Below the pieces are notes generated by a model. It was given only the letters and a program-made list of their open reading frames with translations, made no database searches and had not been told where the DNA came from. Made by a program: the position numbers and the translations under genes. Below, one piece after another: positions 10,415-19,448 of a stretch of DNA of 32,000 nucleotides. The DNA lies in assembly GCF_001457595.1 (NCBI RefSeq), contig NZ_LN831039.1, positions 4,680,001-4,712,000 on the forward strand, read 5' to 3'. Within the stretch, counting starts at the first letter, position 1. Each line of letters begins with the position of its first letter. The DNA is from Mycolicibacterium smegmatis (GTDB taxonomy: Bacteria; Actinomycetota; Actinomycetes; Mycobacteriales; Mycobacteriaceae).

Positions 10415-11311
10415 TCAGTTCAGCTTGAGCTCGCCGGCGGCGCGCTGCTGATCGGACTGGTGTTTGAGGATCACGCCGAGCGTCGCGGCGATCATCTCGT
10501 CGTCGATGGTGTCCATGCCCAGCGCCAGCACCGTGCGGCCCCAGTCGATGGTCTCGGCGACCGACGGCAGCTTCTTGAGCTGCATGCCGCGCAGCACGCC
10601 GATGATCCGCACGAGTTCCGAGGCGATGTGTTCGGGCAGCTCGGGCACCCGCGACAGCAGGATGCGCCGTTCGAGGTCGGGATCGGGGAAGTCGATGTGC
10701 AGGAACAGGCAGCGCCGTTTGAGCGCCTCGGACAGCTCGCGGGTGGCGTTGGAGGTCAGCACGACGAACGGGGGCCGCTCGGCGGTGATGGTGCCGAGTT
10801 CCGGCACGGTGACCGCGAAGTCGCTGAGCACCTCAAGCAGCAGGCCCTCGATCTCGATGTCGGCCTTGTCGGTCTCGTCGATCAGCAGCACCGTGGGGTC
10901 GGTGCGCTTGATCGCGGTGAGCAGCGGACGGGTCAGCAGGAACTCCTCGCTGAACACGTCGGTCTTGGTCTGCTCCCAGGCGTCGCTGTCGCCGGCCGCC
11001 GCCGCGTTTCCGGCCTGGATGCGCAGGATCTGCTTGGCGTGGTTCCACTCGTAGAGCGCACGGGCCTCGTCGACGCCCTCGTAACACTGCAGGCGCACCA
11101 GTTCACTTCCCGTGCACTGCGCGACGGCGCGGGCCAGTTCGGTCTTGCCGACACCGGCCGGGCCCTCGACGAGCAGCGGCTTGCCGAGCCGGTCGGCCAG
11201 GAAGACCGCCGTGGCGGTCGCGGTGTCGGGCAGGTAGCCGGTCTCGGCCAGCTTGCGCGCGACGTCGTCGATGTCGGCGAACAGCGGTGCCGGGCGTGCG
11301 GGCACGCTCAT
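10415..11311 (-). CDS. MoxR-family AAA+ ATPase
   Basis: Walker A VEGPAGVGKTELARAVA, Walker B PTVLLIDETDKAD, sensor FVVLTSNATRELSEALKRRCLFLHIDFPD. Confidence 0.93.
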   Translation of the reverse strand: MSVPARPAPLFADIDDVARKLAETGYLPDTATATAVFLADRLGKPLLVEGPAGVGKTELARAVAQCTGSELVRLQCYEGVDEARALYEWNHAKQILRIQAGNAAAAGDSDAWEQTKTDVFSEEFLLTRPLLTAIKRTDPTVLLIDETDKADIEIEGLLLEVLSDFAVTVPELGTITAERPPFVVLTSNATRELSEALKRRCLFLHIDFPDPDLERRILLSRVPELPEHIASELVRIIGVLRGMQLKKLPSVAETIDWGRTVLALGMDTIDDEMIAATLGVILKHQSDQQRAAGELKLN

Positions 11312-11350
11312 ATGCTCTCCTGGTCTCTCGGGCGGCTCTTGCGGCCGGCC

Positions 11351-12625
11351 TCAGGCGGGTCTGATCTGACCGTCGCCCCACACGATCCATTTGGTCGAGG
11401 TCAGTTCGGGCAGTCCCATCGGCCCACGGGCGTGCAGCTTCTGGGTGGAGATGCCGATTTCCGCGCCGAAACCGAACTGTTCCCCGTCGGTGAACGAGGT
11501 CGACGCGTTCACCATCACCGCGGCGGCGTCCACACGCTCGGTGAAGCGTTGTGCCGCAGCGAGATCCGTGGTCACGATGGCCTCGGTGTGGCCCGTGCCG
11601 TAGGTGTTGATGTGGTCGATCGCCGCGTCGAGGCCATCGACCACCGCGAGCGCGATGTCCATCGACAGGAACTCCGCGCGCAGTTCGTCCTCGGTGGGAT
11701 CGGCGTGCACCGTGACACCGGCGTCCTGCAGGGCCTTGACCAGCCGCGGGAGCGCGGTGTCGGTGAGCGCGCGGTCCACCAGCAGTGTCTCGGCGGCGTT
11801 GCACACGCTGGGCCTGCGGGTCTTGGCGTTCAGCAGGATCTTCTCGGCCATGTCGATGTCGGCCGAGGAGTGAACGTAGACATGGCAATTGCCGACGCCG
11901 GTCTCGATGGTGGGAACCTGCGCGTCGCGGACGACCGCGTCGATCAGACCCGCGCCGCCGCGCGGGATCACCACGTCGACCAGCCCGCGGGCCTGGATCA
12001 GATGCGTGACGCTCGCACGGTCCTGGCTGGGCAGCAGTTGCACGGCGTCGAGCGGCAGCCCCTCCTCGGCCAGCGCGGACCGCAGGGCGTCCACGAGCGC
12101 CTGATTCGACCGGGCCGCCGACGAACTCCCGCGCAGCAGCGCGGCATTGCCGGATTTCAGCGTCAGCCCGAAGGCGTCCACGGTGACGTTGGGCCTGCCC
12201 TCGTAGACCATGCCCACCACACCGAGCGGCACCCGCTGCTGACGCAACTGCAGACCGTTGGGCAGGGTCTTGCCGCGCAGCACCTCGCCCACCGGATCCG
12301 GCAGGGCCGCGACCTGGCGCAACCCCGCGGCGATCCCGTCGACACGTTGCGGATTGAGGGCCAGACGGTCGATCATCGCCTCGGGTGTGCCGCCCTGACG
12401 TGCGGCATCGACATCGGCGGCGTTCGCCGCAAGCACCGCGTCGACGTTTGCCAGCACACTGTCGGCCGCGGCGTGCAGTGCACGGTTCTTCGCCTCGGCG
12501 CTCAGGGTCGCCAGCGTCCTGGCGGCCACCCGGGCGCGCCGTGCGGCGCTGTGGACCTGTTCACGAAGGTCGGCCGGTTCCTGAGTATCGACGGCACCGG
12601 ATCTCGACTGCGCTTCCACGCTCAT
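11351..12625 (-). CDS. proA: Gamma-glutamyl phosphate reductase
   Basis: 424 aa: [83 protein letters not shown]. Confidence 0.96.
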   Translation of the reverse strand: MSVEAQSRSGAVDTQEPADLREQVHSAARRARVAARTLATLSAEAKNRALHAAADSVLANVDAVLAANAADVDAARQGGTPEAMIDRLALNPQRVDGIAAGLRQVAALPDPVGEVLRGKTLPNGLQLRQQRVPLGVVGMVYEGRPNVTVDAFGLTLKSGNAALLRGSSSAARSNQALVDALRSALAEEGLPLDAVQLLPSQDRASVTHLIQARGLVDVVIPRGGAGLIDAVVRDAQVPTIETGVGNCHVYVHSSADIDMAEKILLNAKTRRPSVCNAAETLLVDRALTDTALPRLVKALQDAGVTVHADPTEDELRAEFLSMDIALAVVDGLDAAIDHINTYGTGHTEAIVTTDLAAAQRFTERVDAAAVMVNASTSFTDGEQFGFGAEIGISTQKLHARGPMGLPELTSTKWIVWGDGQIRPA

Positions 12626-12740
12626 TCAGCCAGCGTATCCGACCTGTTGGCACCGTTCCCATGGAGGCTGACAGGTGTCAGCGACCCGCCGGGCCCGGAA
12701 CCAGGGCAAGGCGGTGCGCTCTGGTCTAGCGTGATCGGTT

Positions 12741-13601
12741 ATGGGCGCTGCGCGGGTTTGCGTCGTCGGGAGCATCAACGCCGACCTCACGTTCACCGTT
12801 GCGAACCTGCCACGCCCGGGTCAGACCGTGCTGGCGTCGTCACTCGCGTCGGCACCCGGCGGCAAGGGCGGCAATCAGGCGGTGGCCGCGGCCCGCGCGG
12901 GGGCGGCCACGTCGCTGGTCGCCGCGGTCGGTGACGACGCCGCCGCGGAATCGCTTCGCGCGCACCTACGGGCCAACGGCGTCGACGAGGACGCTGTGGT
13001 GAGCCTCGCTGGACCGAGCGGTTCGGCGGCGATCGTGGTCGACGCGGCAGGCGAGAACCACATCGTCGTCGCGCCCGGCGCCAACGCGCTGCTCGACGTC
13101 GACGCGCCTGCGGCCCGCGCGGCGATCGGTTCGGCCGACGTGGTGCTGCTGCAACTGGAGATCTCCCCCACCACGGCCATCGCGGCCGCGCAGCAGGCCC
13201 GCGATGCCGGGGCGCTCGTCATGCTCAACGCCTCGCCGGTCGGCACCGCAGCCCATCACCTGCTGGCGCTGTCGCACCTGACCGACGTGGTCGTGGTCAA
13301 CGAGACCGAGGCCGCCGAATGGCACTGGCCGGTGCGGCACCTGGTGATCACGCGGGGCGCGCGCGGTGCGAGCTACGTGTCCGACGACGAGCGGTTCGAC
13401 GTGCCCGCACTGCGGGTGCGGGCCGTGGACACCACCGGTGCCGGCGACGTGTTCGCGGGCGTGCTGGCCGCCGGATGGCCGGCCGGTCACGAGCATGCAC
13501 TGCAACGTGCCTGCGCCGCGGGGGCATTGGCGACGCTGGTGCGCGGCGCCGGGGACTGCGCACCGTCCGCGGCCGACATCGATGCCGTGCTGACGCCGTG
13601 A
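12741..13601 (+). CDS. rbsK: PfkB-family sugar kinase, ribokinase-like
   Basis: VCVVGSINADLTFTVANLPRPGQTVLA, APGGKGGNQAVAAARAG, and VRAVDTTGAGDVFAGVLAAG. Ribokinase orthology is likely from the motifs and synteny. Confidence 0.88.
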   Translation: MGAARVCVVGSINADLTFTVANLPRPGQTVLASSLASAPGGKGGNQAVAAARAGAATSLVAAVGDDAAAESLRAHLRANGVDEDAVVSLAGPSGSAAIVVDAAGENHIVVAPGANALLDVDAPAARAAIGSADVVLLQLEISPTTAIAAAQQARDAGALVMLNASPVGTAAHHLLALSHLTDVVVVNETEAAEWHWPVRHLVITRGARGASYVSDDERFDVPALRVRAVDTTGAGDVFAGVLAAGWPAGHEHALQRACAAGALATLVRGAGDCAPSAADIDAVLTP

Positions 13602-13605
13602 ACGT

Positions 13606-14667
13606 CTACCTGGCCGCGGCGGTGAGTGGACCCGTCGCCTTCTGCGCGTCGTTGTAGCGGGGGTCGTACTCGATGGCGACGTCGACGTGTTTCTTGACCA
13701 CGCCCGCGTCGAACAGTGTGTCGGCGACGCCCTGCTCCTCTGCGACGAGTTCGCTGTCGAGTTTGCGGAAACCCTCACCGCGGACCTGGTATTCGAATGC
13801 GGCCCGCTCATCGGTGAGCTTGAGCGTCGACTTCAGCGTCTGCGTGACCTCGTCGGGATTGGCCTTGTACCAGTCCCAGAACCCGGACAGCCGCCCGAAG
13901 AAGTCCTGCAGCGCCTCGTCCTTGGCGGGGTCGGCCAGCACGTCGGTGCGTGCGGTCCACACGTTGAGCGCCGGAATCTCGGTGTCGCGGTCGGTCAGCA
14001 GGATCTTGGCGTCCCCTCTGCTCAGCGACTCCAGGATCGCGCCGTGGCTGCCCGAGAACACGTCGACCTGACCCGAGTTGAATGCCGCGGCCGAGGCGTT
14101 GCCGTCGTTGAACTTGACCGGTTCGACGTCGGATTCGCTCAGCCCCGCGATCGCGAGCGACGCCAGGTACTGGCCGTGGTTGTACCCTCCGAAGTTGTAG
14201 CCCCACGAGTGCCCGCGCAGATCCGCCGGGCTGTCGATGTTCGCACTGGTGCGTACCGCGGTGACCAGCGGTGGGTAGCGCGGGTCGAAGTTGTTGCGCC
14301 AGCCCGCGATGATCTTGAGCGGCACGGTCTGTTCGGTCCACTCGGTGGGGGCGTTGGCCTGTTCGATGGTCAGCGACGTGTCGCCCATGTGGCCGACGTC
14401 GATGGTCTTGCCGTACAAGGCCGACAGATTGGCCGCCGGACCGGCCAGGATCGCCCATTCGACATCGTACGGCGTGCCGTCGAGTACCCCGGATTGCTTG
14501 ATCAGCGACGGGATTCCGTTGTCCTGGTAGGCGATCACCAGTTTGGTCCTGCCATCGTCACTGCCGGATGAGCATCCGGTGAGCACGGCGGCACCCGTCA
14601 CGAGGGCCGCCGCGGCGGCGAGGGTGCGTTTGAGAAGGGTTCGGGTGTCGGTCCGCATGTTTTTCAC
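13606..14667 (-). CDS. Substrate-binding lipoprotein of a nitrate/sulfonate/taurine-type ABC transporter
   Basis: Lipobox VLTGC (Cys codon 14572-14574). SsuA/TauA-like body TKLVIAYQDNGIPSLIKQSGVLDGTPYDVEWAILAGPAANLSAL...GHMGDTSL...DVFSGSHGAILE. It may start at the internal Met at 14658. Confidence 0.87.
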   Translation of the reverse strand: MKNMRTDTRTLLKRTLAAAAALVTGAAVLTGCSSGSDDGRTKLVIAYQDNGIPSLIKQSGVLDGTPYDVEWAILAGPAANLSALYGKTIDVGHMGDTSLTIEQANAPTEWTEQTVPLKIIAGWRNNFDPRYPPLVTAVRTSANIDSPADLRGHSWGYNFGGYNHGQYLASLAIAGLSESDVEPVKFNDGNASAAAFNSGQVDVFSGSHGAILESLSRGDAKILLTDRDTEIPALNVWTARTDVLADPAKDEALQDFFGRLSGFWDWYKANPDEVTQTLKSTLKLTDERAAFEYQVRGEGFRKLDSELVAEEQGVADTLFDAGVVKKHVDVAIEYDPRYNDAQKATGPLTAAAR

Positions 14668-15413
14668 TGTCCTGCGCTGTCCTGCTGGGCTTCTGGGGAG
14701 GGTATGGCGAGGCTGTTGAGCACCGCGCGTTTGATGTCGTTGAACTCGGCGGACGTGACGTCACGGGGCCGGTCGAGATGCACCGGGATGTCGGCCTGGA
14801 TGGTTCCGTGGCCGAGCACCACGATGCGGTCGGCGAGCAGCACGGCCTCTTCGATGTCGTGGGTGACCAGCAGCACGCCGACCTGGTGCTCCTGCCACAG
14901 CGTGGTGACGAGATCCTGTGCGGTCCTGCGGGTGAAGGCGTCGAGGGCGCCGAACGGTTCGTCGAGCAGGAGCAGTTCGGGTGAGCGGAACAGCGCCCGC
15001 GCCAGGCCGACGCGCTGCGCCTCGCCACCGGAGAGGCTCTTGGGCCAGGCCTTGGCCTTGTCGGCAAGTCCGACCTCGGTCAGCGCGTCGAGGGCCCGGC
15101 GGTACACCTCGTCGGAGCGGGATGTGCTCAGCACCACGTTCTTCCACACCCGTTGCGCCTGAATCAGGCGCGGCTCCTGGAACACCACCGAGGAGCGGGG
15201 TGTGATGCGCAGGTGCCCCGATGTCGCGTCCTCCAGTCCGGCCAGGATCCGCAGCAGTGTGGTCTTGCCGGTGCCGGACCGGCCCAGCAGTGCCACGAAC
15301 TCGCCCTTGCGGACCGTCAGCGCGAAATCGTCGAGGATGACCTGGTTGCCGAATTGCTTTGACAATCCGTTCAACTCGATGACCGTCTGCGAGGGGGCAT
15401 CAGTGACCGTCAT
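14664..15413 (-). CDS. ABC transporter ATP-binding protein (SsuB/TauB type)
   Basis: Walker A LLGRSGTGKTTLLR, signature LSGGEAQRVGLARALF, Walker B LLLLDEPFGALDAFTR, GVLLVTHDIEEAVLLADRIVVL. Confidence 0.93.
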   Translation of the reverse strand: MTVTDAPSQTVIELNGLSKQFGNQVILDDFALTVRKGEFVALLGRSGTGKTTLLRILAGLEDATSGHLRITPRSSVVFQEPRLIQAQRVWKNVVLSTSRSDEVYRRALDALTEVGLADKAKAWPKSLSGGEAQRVGLARALFRSPELLLLDEPFGALDAFTRRTAQDLVTTLWQEHQVGVLLVTHDIEEAVLLADRIVVLGHGTIQADIPVHLDRPRDVTSAEFNDIKRAVLNSLAIPSPEAQQDSAGQ

Positions 15414-16290
15414 GGGTGGCCCTCCACGGCAGTGCGGCGCGTTCGATCAGACGCATGATCACGTCGACGAGGATGCCGAGCGCGGCGTAGACCAGGATGC
15501 CCGCGATGATGATGTCGGTGCGCTGGAACTGGTTGGCGGTGTTGAGGATGTAGCCGATGCCTGAGGTGGTGTTGATCTGCTCGGCGGCCACCAGCGCCAG
15601 CAGCGCGGTGCCTGCCGCGTACCGCCATCCGACGAGGATCGACGGCATCGCCAACGGAACCACCACGAGCCGGATGGTCTCCCGCCGGCTCAGCGCGAAC
15701 GTCTGCCCGACCTCCAGCAGCTTGCGGTCGATGGCGCGGATGCCGTGGTAGGTGTTCAGGTACACCGGGAAGATCGACGCGCCGACGATCAGCGCCACCT
15801 TGGATTCCTCGCCGATCCCGAACCACACCACGAACAGCGGGACCATCGCGATGAACGGGATGGTGCGCAGCATCTGCAGCGGCGCGTCGTAGATGCGCTC
15901 GGCGACGGCCCACAGGCCCGCGGCGACGCCGAGCACCAGCCCGGTGATGCCGCCGATCAGCAGGCCGAGCCCGGCACGCTGCAGCGAGATGGGCAGCGCC
16001 GCTTGCAGATCACCGATCTGCCACAGCTCGCGGTAGCTCTGCAGGATGGTCAGTGGGCCCGGCAACACGCTCGGGCTCACCAGCTCCCATGCGGCGGCCA
16101 CCTGCCAGGCCACCAGCAGCAGGACCGGCACGACAAAGCGGATCCCGACGCTGAGCCTGCGGGTTCTGCCCCGGCGGGATTCGGATGCGCTCGGGCGAAA
16201 GTCGCGTTCGACGACCGTCGGGGAATCAGGCGTGGTGGTGTCGTCGGTCTCGGGTGGTCCGGCACGGACCACGGTAACGGTGTCGGTCAT
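15400..16290 (-). CDS. ABC transporter permease (SsuC/TauC type)
   Basis: LVAWQVAAAWELVSPSVLPGPLTILQSYRELW..., EAA-loop region ALSRRETIRLVVVPLAMPSILVGWRYAAGTALLALVAAEQINTTSGIGYILNTA. Confidence 0.92.
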   Translation of the reverse strand: MTDTVTVVRAGPPETDDTTTPDSPTVVERDFRPSASESRRGRTRRLSVGIRFVVPVLLLVAWQVAAAWELVSPSVLPGPLTILQSYRELWQIGDLQAALPISLQRAGLGLLIGGITGLVLGVAAGLWAVAERIYDAPLQMLRTIPFIAMVPLFVVWFGIGEESKVALIVGASIFPVYLNTYHGIRAIDRKLLEVGQTFALSRRETIRLVVVPLAMPSILVGWRYAAGTALLALVAAEQINTTSGIGYILNTANQFQRTDIIIAGILVYAALGILVDVIMRLIERAALPWRATHDGH

Positions 16291-17843
16291 TTGCCGCCCA
16301 CCGCCTCGAAGTCGAAGAACGGGTCACCCTCGGTTTCCTTGAGCAGTGCGAGTTCCCACGCGAAGTACGCCTCGTACCAGGCGTCGCGTTCGGGGCCGAA
16401 GTCCGGCGGGCCGGTACGGTCGGCGATCTCGCCCGCGTGGCGGGGGTCGGCGTCGGTGAGCTGATCGGCCACCGCCTCGATCCCGCCGGCGAGCACCCGG
16501 ACGTCGCCGTCGAGACCCGCGACGAGGTGTTCGGCGGCGAAATCGGCATCGCCGATCAGGACGACGGTCGCGCCGTCGGCCGCCGCGACGATGTCGGCGA
16601 GGTGTTCGCGTCGCGCGTGCACCGAACCCCGAAGGTGCCCGGCCGCGTACTGCGACGACGAGCGCACGTCGACCAATTGTGCGGAGTCCAGCGTCGCGAG
16701 CTCTGCCGCGGTGACAGTGGGCACCTCGGGTGCGGCGATCGACAACCGGTTGGACCGCTTCAGGTCCCCGCCGGTACCGTCCGGGTTCACCGCGACCACC
16801 GTCAGCGGTCCGTCATGCAGGTAGCGCAGCCACTGCACGGTGTTGGCGGCACGCACGAAGTCGGCTGTGTCGGCGAGCACCACGCGACCCCTGTGCACCG
16901 CCACATAGTCGTCGGTGGCCTGCACGAGCTGACCACCCGGCGCGGAAACCGCTGCGGTGAAGTGACCTTCGGCGTACTCGCCGGGTGACCGGACGTCGAG
17001 CAGGTACGTCACCGAGGTGGTGTCGTCGAGATACCGCTGTGCCTGCCCGATGTCAATGACGACGGCGCCCGCCTCGGCAAGCGTGCGCCGCGCCCAGTCG
17101 GTGAGTTCCGGCGACACGGTCGCAGGGGCGGGCAGTTCGGAGCCCGCACCGTATTCCAGCGGGCGGCCCGACCGCTGCCACGCCGGGGTCCCGTTGTGCA
17201 GCGAGAACACCGGGTTGGCGATGCCCGTGTTGATCAGCGACTGCGCGCCGACGATGCCGCGGGTGCGGCCCTGGCAGTTGATCACCACCTTGGTTTTCGC
17301 GTTGTCGATCACCTGCGCTGCGCGGTATGCGATCTCGGCGCCACCACCGGTGTTGTGACCGCCGGGGATGTGGTGATGGCGGTACTCGGCAGGTGTGCGG
17401 CTGTCGAGGAACACGACGTCCTCACCTGCCGCGCGCCACGCGTCGACGGTCTCGCCGTCGACGGTCGGGGTGCCGTAGGTGTGCTCGATCCATTCACCGA
17501 GGGTCTTACTGCGCACATTGGTGCCGGTGTAGACGCGCCCGCCTGCGCTCTTCCAGCCGTCGAGGCCGTCGGCGAGCACCGACACGTCTCGGTATCCGAG
17601 GCGTTCGAGCAACTCGGCGCCGCGCTCGTCGAGTTCGGGGCGGCTCGCGAGCACGATGGGTGTCGAGGTGAGCGGCACCAGGTCGGCGATGTGCTGCTCA
17701 ACGTCGTGCCAGGGCAACCCCGCGCTGACCGCGATGTGGCCGTTGCTGCGCTCCAGGGGGCTGCGCAGGTCGAGCAGGGCAATCTGACGAGCGGAGTTCT
17801 GCAGGGTATCGAGCAGCTCCGCAGCTGTGATGCGTTGCGCCAT
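16287..17843 (-). CDS. Multidomain (about four) rhodanese-like sulfurtransferase
   Basis: 518 aa with repeated rhodanese hallmarks: IALLDLRSPLERSNGHI, VVFLDSRTPAEYRHHHIPGGHN, TYLLDVRSPGEYAEGHFTAAVSAPGG, AQLVDVRSSSQYAAGHLRGSVHA. One CxxxxR loop, CQGRTR at Cys190. Confidence 0.9.
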   Translation of the reverse strand: MAQRITAAELLDTLQNSARQIALLDLRSPLERSNGHIAVSAGLPWHDVEQHIADLVPLTSTPIVLASRPELDERGAELLERLGYRDVSVLADGLDGWKSAGGRVYTGTNVRSKTLGEWIEHTYGTPTVDGETVDAWRAAGEDVVFLDSRTPAEYRHHHIPGGHNTGGGAEIAYRAAQVIDNAKTKVVINCQGRTRGIVGAQSLINTGIANPVFSLHNGTPAWQRSGRPLEYGAGSELPAPATVSPELTDWARRTLAEAGAVVIDIGQAQRYLDDTTSVTYLLDVRSPGEYAEGHFTAAVSAPGGQLVQATDDYVAVHRGRVVLADTADFVRAANTVQWLRYLHDGPLTVVAVNPDGTGGDLKRSNRLSIAAPEVPTVTAAELATLDSAQLVDVRSSSQYAAGHLRGSVHARREHLADIVAAADGATVVLIGDADFAAEHLVAGLDGDVRVLAGGIEAVADQLTDADPRHAGEIADRTGPPDFGPERDAWYEAYFAWELALLKETEGDPFFDFEAVGGK

Positions 17844-17956
17844 GGACGTTCCTCACTGATGTGTTGTCGGCTGTTTTGTTCTCTAGCCAAGTGCGGGCCA
17901 CCATGCCGGTCGCCGGTGGCGTGCGCGATGGTTGTCCTCATCGGGATTCGAAGCAG

Positions 17957-19294
17957 TCACCCCGCGCTCAACGCAGGTGCGGTTGGGGTGTGCTCGGGTA
18001 AGCCGAGGTGGCCACGCAGCGTCGTGGACTCGTACTCGTGGCGGAACAACCCGCGACGCCGGAGCTCGGGCACCACGTGTTCGGCGAAGCGCTGCAGGCC
18101 GTCCGGATAGACGTCGAAGTTCAGGTTGAACCCATCGGCGGCATATCCGTTGAGCCACTGGGCCATGTCGTCGGCGATCTGTTCGGGGGTGCCGACCACC
18201 ATGCGGTGCGCGCCGCCGTTGCGGTCGATGAGTTCACGGATGGTCAGGCCCGACCGCAGCGCGAAACTGACGGTGGTGTTGAGGAATCCGTGCGAGGTCT
18301 GCACCGATCGGGTGTCGCCGAGACACCTCGGATCCAGCGGCTTGTCGAGGTGCAGATCGTCGACCGCCACCCCGAGTTGGTGCGCCAGACGGCGCAGTTC
18401 GCGCCCGTAGTCGAGTTGCTCGTTGAACTCGCGCAGTCTGCTCAGCGCCTCGGCCTCGGTGGATCCGACCACGGGGAACAGTCCGGGCAGCACCAGCACC
18501 GAGCCTGCAGGCCTGCCGTGACCACGGGCCCTGGCGGCCATGTCGGCGTAGAACTGCTGCGCCTCGGAGAACACCGTCTGCACCGTGAACACCACGTCGG
18601 CCCACCGGGCCGCGAGATTCTTGCCCTGCTCGGAGGACCCGGCCTGCACCAGCACCGGCCTGCCCTGCGGTGTGCGGGGCACGTTGAGGGGCCCACCCAC
18701 GCGGTAGTGGGCGCCGACGTGGTCGACGCCGGGAATCGGTTCGGGCCCGCTGAAGACACCCGTGGCGGCGTCCGGTCGCAGCCCGTCGGCCGGCCACGAG
18801 TCCCAAAGTTTGGTGACGACGTCGACGAACTCGTCGGCCTGCGCGTAACGCTCGTCGTGGCCGGGTATGCCCTCGACGCCGAAGTTGGCCGCCGCCTGCG
18901 GGTGCATGGTGGTGACGATGTTCCAAGCGACCCGTCCGCGGCTCAGGTGGTCCAGCGACGCGAACCGCCGGGCCAACTCGTACGGTGCGTTGAAAGTGGT
19001 TGACGCCGTGCCGATCAGGCCGATGCGGCTGGTGGCCTGCGCGACTGTCGCGAGCACCACGGTCGGATCCAGCGACTGCCACGGCTTGGTGGGCGGGTTG
19101 TCGGCGAGCGCGGGCCAGTCCGACAGGAAGACCGCGTCGAACGTGGCGCGCTCGGCGATCTGGCCGATCTCGACGAAGTAGTCGGGGGTCAGAAAGGCCA
19201 GCGGATCGCGCTGATGACGCCAGGCACTCGGATGCTTGCCCGCATCGGTGATGTTGGCGTTCAGGTGCAATTGACGGGCGGGTTGTGTGGTCAC
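17957..19294 (-). CDS. Flavin-dependent LLM-class monooxygenase, NtaA/SnaA/DszA family
   Basis: Start VTTQPARQLHLNANITDAGKHPSAWRHQRDP (GTG at 19292-19294), then PTVVLATVAQATSRIGLIGTASTTFNAPYELARRFASLDHLSRGRVAWNIVTTMHPQAAANFG, typical of this family. The track ORF continues spuriously to 19576. Confidence 0.92.
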   Translation of the reverse strand: MTTQPARQLHLNANITDAGKHPSAWRHQRDPLAFLTPDYFVEIGQIAERATFDAVFLSDWPALADNPPTKPWQSLDPTVVLATVAQATSRIGLIGTASTTFNAPYELARRFASLDHLSRGRVAWNIVTTMHPQAAANFGVEGIPGHDERYAQADEFVDVVTKLWDSWPADGLRPDAATGVFSGPEPIPGVDHVGAHYRVGGPLNVPRTPQGRPVLVQAGSSEQGKNLAARWADVVFTVQTVFSEAQQFYADMAARARGHGRPAGSVLVLPGLFPVVGSTEAEALSRLREFNEQLDYGRELRRLAHQLGVAVDDLHLDKPLDPRCLGDTRSVQTSHGFLNTTVSFALRSGLTIRELIDRNGGAHRMVVGTPEQIADDMAQWLNGYAADGFNLNFDVYPDGLQRFAEHVVPELRRRGLFRHEYESTTLRGHLGLPEHTPTAPALSAG

Positions 19295-19369
19295 GGGCCA
19301 TTCGATTCGTCGGGCATTCCTCGGACATCCCGACGCTACGAGCACACCTGTGCGCCGCCAACAGTTGAA

Positions 19370-19404
19370 CTCGCACTGCACGAAACTGTTTTGTGCACTG
19401 CGAG
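19370..19404. promoter_or_regulatory. 35-bp near-perfect palindrome, candidate operator in a divergent promoter region
   Basis: CTCGCACTGCACGAAACTGTTTTGTGCACTGCGAG; 15 of 17 symmetric pairs are complementary around a central T. Confidence 0.7.
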
Positions 19405-19448
19405 ATAAAGGGTCGGATAGCATCGGCCATTCCCCTAACCTCTCGGCC

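Noticed and set aside
10310-12934. 874-aa + strand ORF over MoxR/proA/rbsK start
   Set aside because: Opposes strongly motif-supported MoxR and proA genes; no domain seen; typical GC-rich shadow ORF.
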